Source: Planctomycetota bacterium
GTDB lineage: Bacteria; Planctomycetota; Phycisphaerae; WQYP01
Reading direction: 5' to 3'
DNA: 34,842 nt
Assembly: GCA_021780285.1 (NCBI GenBank)
Contig: JAJXZA010000064.1
Span: 1 to 34,842, forward strand
The notes under the pieces were generated by a model, which saw only the letters and a list, made by a program, of their open reading frames with translations, ran no database searches and was not told where the DNA came from. Made by a program: the position numbers and the translations under genes. The first letter of the stretch is position 1, and the number at the start of each line of letters is the position of its first letter. This document shows positions 16,670-25,300 of the stretch, piece by piece.

Positions 16670-18016
16670 CTAAACGTTGCCGTCGCGCCGCGCCATCACC
16701 GAGCGGGCGTGCGCCTCAAAACCTTCGCCGCGAGCCAGCGTCACGATGGCGTCGGCGGCGGCATGCAGCGCACCGGCGTCATATTCGACCATGCTGATGC
16801 GTTTGCGAAAGCTCTCGGCGGACAATCCGCTGAAAAACCGTCCCGTGCCCGATGTGGGCAGCACATGCGAAGGCCCGGCCAGGTAATCGCCGGCGGCTAC
16901 CGGCGTAGGCTCGCCAATAAAAATGGCTCCCGCGTTGACAATGCGAAATGCATCGCCGCGCGCGTCGCGGGTGGTAATTTGCAGGTGCTCGGGCGCAAAC
17001 TCATTCACCATCGCCAAGGCCGCGTCGTGGCTGGGCGCCACCACCAGAGCGCTGGCGTACGCGAGAGCCTTGGTTGTAAGCTCGCACCGCGGCAGCTTGG
17101 CAAGCTGAACTTTCATTTGCTGCTGCACCTTTGCGGCCAAGGCCGACGAGGCGGTAATAAGCAGGCAACTGCCGGGCGCGTGCTCGGCCTGGGCCAGCAG
17201 CTCGGCGGCGACGGCAACGGGGCTGGCGGAATCGTCGGCCAGCACAATCACTTCGCTGGGGCCGGCGAAGCTGTCAATATCTACCACGCCAAAAAGCTCT
17301 TTTTTGGCAAGCTGCACATAGGTGTTGCCGGGGCCGACTATTTTATCCACCGGCCTGATGCTTTGCGTGCCAAACGCCATGGCTGCTATCGCCTGCGCGC
17401 CGCCCACAGCATAAACCTCATCAATGCCCAGCCGCGACGCCGCGGCCAATACCGCCGCCGATACCTGCCCGCCGCGCACCGGGCTGCAGATGCAAATTTC
17501 TTTAACGCCCGCCACCTGGGCCGGCACTACGCTCATAACCACAGTAGATGGATACGCTCCAGCGCCGCCTGGCACATACACGCCCACACGCTGCAACGGC
17601 TGATAGCGCACGGCCAGCCGCGCACCGGCGCCGCCCCCCGCCGGCACAATGGCCGCAGGCTCTGGCGGCAGCATCGCCTGCTGATACCGTCGCACGTTGG
17701 CGATAGCGGAATCCAGCGCGGCAATAAAGGCGGTGTCCGCCTGGCTGGCCGCCGCCGCGATGGCCGCCGCCGAAACGCGCAAGGCGCTGGCATCACCGGT
17801 AAATTGATCAAACTGCCGACTGTACCGCACCAAGGCGTCGTCACCGTCGCGGCGCACATCGGCCAAAATGGCTCGCACCTTTTGCTGGGCCGAAGGTTCG
17901 CCGGTGGGCGAAAGCTCCGCCAGCAACATCGGCCCTATGGACAGCCGCGACTTAATCTCCGCCAGCCGCGCCGCATGGTCGGTACGATCACTATAAATAA
18001 TTTCTATGCAGGACAT
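16670..18016 (-). CDS. hisD: histidinol dehydrogenase
   Basis: RRDGDDALVRYSRQFD, VGVYVPGG.A.YPS, AQAEH, and a C-terminal EGFEAHARSV-like block. I chose the ATG at 18016. The in-frame ATG at 18085 would put a terminator-like hairpin inside the coding sequence. Confidence 0.93.
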   Translation of the reverse strand: MSCIEIIYSDRTDHAARLAEIKSRLSIGPMLLAELSPTGEPSAQQKVRAILADVRRDGDDALVRYSRQFDQFTGDASALRVSAAAIAAAASQADTAFIAALDSAIANVRRYQQAMLPPEPAAIVPAGGGAGARLAVRYQPLQRVGVYVPGGAGAYPSTVVMSVVPAQVAGVKEICICSPVRGGQVSAAVLAAASRLGIDEVYAVGGAQAIAAMAFGTQSIRPVDKIVGPGNTYVQLAKKELFGVVDIDSFAGPSEVIVLADDSASPVAVAAELLAQAEHAPGSCLLITASSALAAKVQQQMKVQLAKLPRCELTTKALAYASALVVAPSHDAALAMVNEFAPEHLQITTRDARGDAFRIVNAGAIFIGEPTPVAAGDYLAGPSHVLPTSGTGRFFSGLSAESFRKRISMVEYDAGALHAAADAIVTLARGEGFEAHARSVMARRDGNV

Positions 18017-18027
18017 AAACTTACGCC

Positions 18028-18058
18028 AAAAAGCCCGCCCCCCGCCTCGCTGCGGGCA
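18028..18058 (-). terminator. terminator-like hairpin plus U-run immediately upstream of hisD (metF terminator or hisD attenuator)
   Basis: The minus-strand RNA reads GCCCGC-(13 nt)-GCGGGC followed by TTTTT. On the + strand this is the A-run at 18028-18032 with the stem at 18033-18057. It ends about 12 nt before the hisD ATG. Confidence 0.5.
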
Positions 18059-18302
18059 AGCGTCATCGAAAGCGACTTTATCCATCAGCCCGCAGATTTA
18101 CAACCTTACTCGAATTCGCAGGCGAGTTACACCGCTGATAGAGCTGGCGTACGGCCTAACCGCGCTTCGTCCTATGACACGGGCGATAGCAACATGCGAA
18201 CTGCATGGTACCGCATGTTTATACCAAGCCGCAGACCTCAAGCCCCGGCAGTGTTTGCTCCGAAGGAGACATCACAGACCAGGAGCCTGTCCGAGCGGCG
18301 TC

Positions 18303-19217
18303 TTATCGCAGCGCGGCGCTATTTTTTACGCCAAGATTGCGATAAATCTCAAGCGTGGCGTACGAATTGTTGAGCGTGTAAAAGTGCAGGCCGCGAACCT
18401 GATTGTCCAGCAGATCGCGGCATTGCTCCGTGGCCCAATGAATACCTACGCGGCGCACAGCATCGGCATCGTCGCCGGCGCGGTTGATGGCCCGCAGCAG
18501 CCGCGCCGGGTAATGAGCGCCCAGCGCCAGCTCCGCCATGCGTTTCATGCCGGAGGCCGACGTGATGGGCATAATTCCGGCGATAATCGGCACGCGAATG
18601 CCTGCGAGGTCGCAGCGCTCGCGAAAGTCGTAAAAATCGTGGTTGTCGAAAAACAATTGGGTGCAGATATAGTCGGCACCGGCATCAACCTTGGCCTTGA
18701 GGTAATCCATTTCCTGCAGGCGGTTGGGCGTCGCCGGATGCCCCTCCGGAAAGCCCGCCACACCAACGCCAAAACCGCGCGGCTCGGGGTGCAGGCTCGC
18801 CCGGTTAAAATCCCGGATAAAGTGCACCAGATCGGCGGCATGCTTAAAGTCGTCATGGGCGCGGTCGTAACCGGCGGCATCGCGGGGCACATCGCCTCCG
18901 AGCGCCAGAATGTTGCCCACATGCGCTGCGGCGTAGCGTGTTAAAATGTCCTGTATATCCGCCCGCTTATGGCTTACGCACGTCAGGTGGGGCACGGGGT
19001 CGAGCGTGGTTTGCTGCTTGAGACGCAGCACAAGCTCATGGGTGCGCTGCCGGGTGGAACCGCCGGCGCCGTAAGTCACCGACACAAACGAAGGAGCCAG
19101 AGGCTCAAGCTGGGCAATGTGATCAAACAACTGCGCTGCGGCCTGGTCGCTTTTGGGCGGAAAAAACTCAAAAGAAAATGTGGTGGTGTCGCGGGCGAAA
19201 ATATCGAGTATATGCAT
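18303..19217 (-). CDS. metF: 5,10-methylenetetrahydrofolate reductase
   Basis: 304 aa. FSFEFFPPK, VTYGAGGSTR, HLTC and DYICTQLFFD motifs. AAGGA RBS. Confidence 0.95.
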   Translation of the reverse strand: MHILDIFARDTTTFSFEFFPPKSDQAAAQLFDHIAQLEPLAPSFVSVTYGAGGSTRQRTHELVLRLKQQTTLDPVPHLTCVSHKRADIQDILTRYAAAHVGNILALGGDVPRDAAGYDRAHDDFKHAADLVHFIRDFNRASLHPEPRGFGVGVAGFPEGHPATPNRLQEMDYLKAKVDAGADYICTQLFFDNHDFYDFRERCDLAGIRVPIIAGIMPITSASGMKRMAELALGAHYPARLLRAINRAGDDADAVRRVGIHWATEQCRDLLDNQVRGLHFYTLNNSYATLEIYRNLGVKNSAALR

Positions 19218-19546
19218 ACTATATATCCTTTAATCCGGATGAACGGATTGTATGGAGCCATGCCGCCCCAGTCAAGTGCGCCGGCGGCGGACCGCGGCCG
19301 GGGATCGGCCGATTTTCCGACGTTGTACCCATGTGAGTGCCCGTGGGGCGCTATCCATCCCCATTTAGCCCCCGGCTCGCCGGGGGAAAACGGGAAAATC
19401 GTCCGGCAAGAAACAAGCGGCCTGGATCTCAAAGCCAAAACCCCCGGCTCCCGTCGGTGTCCAAGGTTTGACCCGAGGCCATTGTTATTCGCCGGCCCTG
19501 CCGGGCGGCGGCCCATCATCACAGCCGCAACTCATGTATTATCGGC

Positions 19547-19582
19547 AAAAAGCCTGTCGGCCCAAACTGCCGTCGCCGACAG
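19547..19582 (-). terminator. rho-independent terminator after the PEP-CTERM peptidase gene
   Basis: The minus-strand RNA reads CTGTCGGC-(13 nt)-GCCGACAG followed by GCTTTTT. The stem lies at 19554-19561 and 19575-19582, and the + strand A-run is at 19547-19551. A second hairpin (19607-19625) abuts the stop codon. Confidence 0.7.
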
Positions 19583-19626
19583 TCCGGGCCGTTGTGAGAA
19601 ATTCTTCTCCGGCAGGCTTCCGGAGT

Positions 19627-21138
19627 TTATGCTTTGGCCGCGGCGGGCTTGCGCCGCCGCATGAGCAGGGCGGTTCCGCCAACCACAAGCAGGCTAAGCG
19701 TTGCCGGCTCGGGCGTGCTGGCGGTAGAGCTGCTTATAAATGAATACGCCAGAGCGTACTGCTCCTGCGAGGATACCTCGCTTGAGCCGCCGAGTTTAAC
19801 CACTTCCAGATCGTACTTGCCGGGTGCAAGGTTGAGCGTGTAAAGCTGTTGCACGTTGTCAACGCTGCTGTCGCTGATGGCCACCACCTGCCCCAGCGAG
19901 TTGTACAAATACAAGTCGAGGTTGTTGATGTTGGCCTGGTTGATTTGCCGGTTCCACACCAGCGTGGCCGTCAAATTCGACGCGCTGCCGAGGTTGAACA
20001 CATAGTGATTAATGGCATTGGCCGAGGCGCTGCTGGTAATGCTGGCAAAGTCCCATCCTTGCAGATGACTTTGAGCCGCCATGGAAGTTTCCGCCGGCCC
20101 GGTGCTGCCCAACGCCGCCGTGTTCGATGTTGTGGCATGCACCTGTCCGGCGGCAAGCTCAGTATACGAGTTGTATACATTCACGACACCAGCACCCCAG
20201 CGGGTATCGAGCGGTTGCGTGGCGGTGTGAGTCCATCCCACCGGCTTGACGGCTCCGTTGAGCAGCAGAGCCTTGACCGTGCGTTCATCGGTTTCTGCGG
20301 AAACGCTGCCGCCGCCGATACCCATGCGGCCGGCCTGCACCAAAAGCGCCGCCGAACCCGCCACCAGAGGAGCCGCAAAGCTCGTCTCACCGGCCGGAGC
20401 CGAAATGTCCGGCTTGGAGCGACCGTCAAAGGTGGTGCCCACGCCGCTGGAGCCGCCATAGGCCGCCACGGCAATACTGTTGTATGCCGTCGCGGGCGCA
20501 TTGATCTGACTGGAGGGCGTGGTGTACGTAGTGGAGGAACCGCCGTTGCCCACCGCCGAAACGAAGATGGTGTTGTATTGATCGGTGTAGTTATCGTAGT
20601 AAGTATCCACCGAGTCGGTGGTGCCGGCGGTAAGCTGGCTGTAGATGAAGCTTTGATTGACGATAGCGAGGCCGGTGGGCGGAGCTTTATCGGAGAACAC
20701 ATAGGTGCCGGCCCACGCGTTGGAGTCGTAGTTGTAAATCGTCGTAGCGCCGTCGGCTACGCCGCTTGAGCCGTAATAATTCTGGGCTACCGCTTCGGCA
20801 TGGCCGGAATAAGCCGCACTGGAATACACGCTCGATGCCACGTTGCTGGAATTGGTGTAAACGAAACTGCGGCTCTGGCCCGAGGCCGTAGCACCTAAAT
20901 TGGCGGGGTTGACTTCAAACGCGTCGGTGGCGCCGCCGACCGACGCTTCGGCCTGGCCCAAGATCACGCCGGCTCCGGTGAGGCTCGGATTGACCTGGCG
21001 AAGCTGGGTTACGCCGATCTGGGCAAGCGTGCTGGCCAGGGCGGGCACAGCGGTCAGGGCCGCGGCCGCGCATGCGGCCAGGGCGGCTGCGCTTATCGGA
21101 CGGCGCGCAGTTGTGTTGAGTTGTGTAGATATACGCAT
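19627..21138 (-). CDS. subtilisin-like (S8-type) peptidase homologue with C-terminal PEP-CTERM sorting signal
   Basis: Signal peptide MRISTQLNTTARRPISAAALAACAAAALTAVPALA from the ATG at 21138 (AAGGAG RBS). S8-like blocks: SGHAEAVA (His), VSAVGNGG (Asn) and GETSFAAPLVAGSAALL (Ser). The C-terminus is PEPATLSLLVVGGTALLMRRRK, i.e. PEP, then a TM segment, then a basic tail. Confidence 0.75.
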   Translation of the reverse strand: MRISTQLNTTARRPISAAALAACAAAALTAVPALASTLAQIGVTQLRQVNPSLTGAGVILGQAEASVGGATDAFEVNPANLGATASGQSRSFVYTNSSNVASSVYSSAAYSGHAEAVAQNYYGSSGVADGATTIYNYDSNAWAGTYVFSDKAPPTGLAIVNQSFIYSQLTAGTTDSVDTYYDNYTDQYNTIFVSAVGNGGSSTTYTTPSSQINAPATAYNSIAVAAYGGSSGVGTTFDGRSKPDISAPAGETSFAAPLVAGSAALLVQAGRMGIGGGSVSAETDERTVKALLLNGAVKPVGWTHTATQPLDTRWGAGVVNVYNSYTELAAGQVHATTSNTAALGSTGPAETSMAAQSHLQGWDFASITSSASANAINHYVFNLGSASNLTATLVWNRQINQANINNLDLYLYNSLGQVVAISDSSVDNVQQLYTLNLAPGKYDLEVVKLGGSSEVSSQEQYALAYSFISSSTASTPEPATLSLLVVGGTALLMRRRKPAAAKA

Positions 21139-21334
21139 GGGTAGCTCCTTAAGAGAGTAAGAAAAATAAAGGCGGGAATGCTTGGCATGTTGAGAGTGCT
21201 CCACCACGTCGGGCGGCTGCGGGAACGGAGAGTTTTGTTCCTGTCAGCCGGGGTGTTGAATCGGCATGTCCCCGCGTCCGAGTTGAAGGAAAAGCGGCCG
21301 CAGTCGGCGATTTATTATCACGCGCCAAAATGCT

Positions 21335-21368
21335 TATAGGCCCCGCATCAGGCGCAATATAGGCCCCG
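21335..21368. repeat. perfect 11-bp direct repeat TATAGGCCCCG x2 with a 23-bp period, about 200 bp upstream of the PEP-CTERM peptidase start
   Basis: The copies lie at 21335-21345 and 21358-21368, read directly from the sequence. They sit in a 547-nt non-coding spacer. Confidence 0.6.
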
Positions 21369-21685
21369 TTTTTATCGCCCGTCTGGTGTGATGGGACGCT
21401 TTGTTATCGGGCTACGAAAAATTCCGATTTAAGGTGGGGATTGCCTCTGCTTGCCGTATGCCACCAAATTTTGCACGGCAAAGCCACGGCAAGACGCAGG
21501 ATTTTTGCTATAAAAAGCGACGAATTTGCCCGTAGACATTGAGGGGCTATTCAGGTAAATGATCGCTGGCGCCGACTCGCCGAGCGCATGATTTGCCTCA
21601 GCATCACCGCATGGAATCAGGACGCCATTACGCGGACGGAGCGGCGACTTCAACACGGGTCTGGTTTAACTCGGCGGGATAAAAC

Positions 21686-22345
21686 CTATTTGCTCTGCGG
21701 CTCGTTGAGCCGCCCCAGGGCCTCATAGTACGCATTGACCAGCGAGCGGTATTGCGGCAGCGTCCCTTTGCGAATGCCATTCATGATCAGGTTACGTTCG
21801 CGGGCGGGCAGGTTGCCCCACTGGCGCTTGTTGGAGTCAAAAGGCTTGTTGAGCTGGGCCGGCAAGGTCACACCGGGTGAATATTTGGAATTGCGGGCCG
21901 CCTGGCTTGGGCCTTCGTTCGGCTGCTGCGGGCCATTACCTTGCGATTGCTGCAACTGCTGGCCCTGCTGCTTGGCCGATGACTGTGACGAACCACCACC
22001 ACTCGACTGTTGCTGCTGCGCCATCTGAATGAGGGTATCGAGGTTGGTAACTATGCGACGCTGAATATCCTGTGTGGTGTCGCCGGCATCGCTTTTTTGC
22101 AGTCGGCCGGCGCTGGCCTGCATTTCATGGAGCATTCTGGTTATTTGCTTCGCTGCCTGCTGCTGCGGCGAAGGTTGCGCGACCAAATGCGGCGACAGGC
22201 TGGGCCAAAGCATGGCATGCTGCATCCACCCGCTGCTGCCGCGAACTGGCACGCTCAACGCCAAAGCCGCAGCGCCCGCCAGAAACAGCACCCCCGCGCG
22301 ATGTTTGATTCTTTGAATGCTCGAATGATCGGCCGGTCGGTACAT
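21686..22345 (-). CDS. secreted or anchored Gln-rich hypothetical protein, last gene of the MoxR/BatA-like cluster
   Basis: The ATG at 22345 has AGGAG 9 nt upstream; the track start at 22381 is a TTG. Hydrophobic N-terminus AGVLFLAGAAALALSVPV, a Q/S/G-rich middle, and a conserved-looking C-terminus WGNLPARERNLIMNGIRKGTLPQYRSLVNAYYEAL. Confidence 0.6.
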   Translation of the reverse strand: MYRPADHSSIQRIKHRAGVLFLAGAAALALSVPVRGSSGWMQHAMLWPSLSPHLVAQPSPQQQAAKQITRMLHEMQASAGRLQKSDAGDTTQDIQRRIVTNLDTLIQMAQQQQSSGGGSSQSSAKQQGQQLQQSQGNGPQQPNEGPSQAARNSKYSPGVTLPAQLNKPFDSNKRQWGNLPARERNLIMNGIRKGTLPQYRSLVNAYYEALGRLNEPQSK

Positions 22346-22395
22346 TGCGCTGCACTCCTGCGATGCCGGGTTTATCGGCAACCCATACCATTATC

Positions 22396-25300
22396 CTATT
22401 GTCCGCCACCCTGTTGCAACATATGCGCGACATGCTGGGCTTCGGTCTGGAGTTGGGCCTGCGTCTGGCCCACCCGTTGAATTGCCTGCTCCAGAGGCCC
22501 CCGCCCTGCCGGCGAAGCACCCTTAAGCGAGTGATAAAGCTCCTGCGTATCGGCGTTAATCTGCAACTGCATGGCTCGCAGCAGTTTAAGCTGCGCGGCT
22601 GGCGGCACCAGCGGCTGCTTGCCACCGCCGCCCCCACCGCCACCACCGCCGCCGCCGCCATGCTGCAACGCCTGCTGCTCTTTTTTGAGCGCGGCGATTA
22701 TTTCATGCAGCCGATTAAGAACCGATTCCTGCGCGAGCGCCAGCGGTTCATCTACATGGGCGGCGATCATGAGGTTTTGTGCAGCGTTCATGTCGGAAGC
22801 TATTTGCGAGTTAATCCAATACAAAATGGGCGCTTTGGTTTTTACCCGCTCGCTGATGGCGCCGAGCCGCTCGATGAGCTTGCCCTGATCGGCCGCATCG
22901 GTCATAAGCTGCAACTGATCTGACCGCATAAGTTCTCCGCGCTGGGCCTTGCGCCGGGCTATGGCCAGCGTATCGCTTTGCACACCGGTTTGCTCCACGG
23001 CAATGCGCTGGTAACGGCGACGCAGAGCCGCGAGCGTTTGCTCCTTCAGCTTGTTATTTACGCTGTGCATTTGGGAAGCCAGTGATTTTAGCGCGGCCCG
23101 CAGATGTGTTAGCGCATCATGCTGGCCGGTAAGGGCATCGGGCTTGCGGTCGGCCAGCAAAGCGCCGGTCGCCTGACCCATATTGTTTGCGGCAAGCGTC
23201 AGATCATCCGACGCCTGATAGGTTTGGCTCATGCTGCCGGCCTCCTGTGCGGCCTTCACGGTGGAAAGCTGCAACCGGCTCTGCGGGTCGGCCCAGCGCG
23301 CCAGAACATTTTCGCCGGCCTGCGGCCGCTGCGTTTCAACCGAACCTCGTGTGAGCAACTGCTGCTTGATTAAGTGTTGAATCACAGCCTGTAAATCCAG
23401 CATCTGCCGGGCAAGCTGCCGCAATGCGGCGCGGCTTTCGCGATTGAGCGCCCGCAACATCGCCTCGAGTCCGGCAAGGGCCTTGCCCTGATTGCCGGAT
23501 GCCGAAAGCATCTGATTTTTACCCGCGTCCTGCGAAGCCGCCGCCATGGAACCGCTTACTTGATATTGCTGCGCCAGCGCCGCGGCTTGGGCCAGCGCCT
23601 TGCTGATAGCCGGGTTGGTTTTGGCGAATCGCCGTGCGGCGTCGCCAAGCTGCCCGGTCACGTGGATGGCACTTTGAGATAGCTGCATCTGGCTGCCGGC
23701 AAGTTTCTGCAACTGCTGCTGCAACCCGCTGGCAAGCTGTGAAAACTCCTGCCCGATGGTTTGTTGGGCCACGGTATGCAATCCGGCGGCGAGTCCCTTC
23801 TGCTGCGCGAGCAACTTGGCCACCTCCTGCGTCAAGCGCTGAAACTCGCTGTTGGCGCCCAGCTTATGCAGGGCATGCTGCATCATGGCCAGAGCATGCT
23901 GTTGCTGCGCAGCAGAAGCGGCGGCCGCGGCGGCGGTTTGACTCATGGCCTTGCTGGAACTGGAGGCAGACGCCTCGTGCGCCTGGCTAAGGGAGTTGCC
24001 GGCCTGGGGCATAACCTGCTTGGCAAGCTGTTGCATGGCGCTGCGCACCGACTTTGCGAGTTTGCCCAGAGGCGACTGAGCCAGCTTGTTGCGGCCGGCC
24101 ATGCGCTGCACATGGTTGATCGCCCGGGAAATAGCCGCTGCGCGCTGCGCCAGCGCCATCTGCTGTTGGGCAAGCTGCGCCAGGGCAGCCCGCTGCTGAG
24201 GCGTTATTTTGCCCGCGTGCCTGACAGATTCTTCGATCGCCTGCGTTTGAGCCAACAGTTGTTGCTGTTGCTGCGCCAGCATGCGGATGGCATGCCGCAC
24301 CGCGGCAAGATCGCTCCGCATCTTTTTTTCGATGGCGGCCTTGCTGCGAATGTCAATCAGCAAATAACCTGAACGCACCCACGGGTGCCGCTGCACCTTG
24401 CCGCCCGGCAGATCATGCCGATAGTTGTCGCGCACCTGCGCGTAGGCCGTGAGCCGATCACCGGGCTTAAGGGCCATGGCCGAAAGCGGCCAGGCAAACA
24501 CCGCGTTGGCCGTCGCCGAGCCGGTAGCCGGGTCGTAAATTTGGTTGGCCCAGGCCACACGCTGGCGCAGCAGCGGAGGGGCCGAAGTTGCGGCGGCAAA
24601 GCGCCGCACGACAAACTCCAGGCCGCTCAAACCCAAATCATCCTCGGCGGTAATGTGAATGTTGACGGTGGCGTCGGGCGTAAGGTCCACCACCTGTTTA
24701 GGCCGCGTAATGCGCACATGAGGCAGCGCATCGGGCGCAACGCGCAAATCAACCAGCCCACCCGTGCGATTGGCAAAACCGTCGGTGTCTCTCACGCGGA
24801 GCCGCAGGTGCAGCGAATGGTTTGCCGGCACCGTAAGAACGGCCTGCTGCGGCTTGATGAGTTTCATGGTAACAGCAGCTGCAATGGGTTTGCCGGTGAG
24901 AAGGCTGATAAAGCTGATGCGCGGCTGGCCGGCTTTGTTGGCGGCGATAGGCTCACTGGTGGTAACGCTAATGGTCAGGGTAGAACCCGCTACCGCCGCC
25001 ACCGCGCCGGTTTGCAGGTATACTTCTCGGCTGGGCACATTGGGGGCGTAAGATGGCGCCGCAACAAGGGCGGAGAGTTCTATGATGATCGGACGCGGAA
25101 CCACCTTAATGGAAACATATTTTTCTTTAAGGTCGTCGCCGGCCAATACCTTGATGGCAAATGCGCGGCCTTCCGGCTGAATAACGCGGGCGAAAACTCC
25201 GCGTCCGCCGGGCAGGGCGTGCTGCAAAGTCATAAGCTGCGGAGAAAATTTCCGATCACCGGCGCGGCTTACCAACCATACATGCATCGTCGGCGAAAAG

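Noticed and set aside
16709-18373. 554-aa ORF on the + strand
   Set aside because: It is antisense to hisD and the metF 3' end. Its composition is Arg/Gly/Ala-rich, as expected for a shadow frame in high-GC DNA, with no recognisable motifs. The opposite strand carries textbook HisD and MetF motifs.
19218-19546. metF leader as a cobalamin, SAM-I or SAH riboswitch
   Set aside because: Some fragments loosely resemble cobalamin core pieces (AATGGGGA, CGGAAAATCGG, GCGGTCCGCCGCC). Their spacing is wrong, about 45 nt where a few are expected, and no B12 box is present. No SAM-I (GAGGGA...GCAACC) or SAH (GAGGAGCG...AGGCUCGG) core was seen. I kept it only as an unclassified structured leader.
19849-20769. 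306-aa ORF on the + strand
   Set aside because: It is antisense to the S8-like peptidase and is a shadow ORF.
21429-21656. 75-aa ORF on the - strand in the long spacer upstream of the PEP-CTERM peptidase
   Set aside because: It has a GTG start with no RBS, no signal or TM features and no motifs. There is insufficient support to call a gene.
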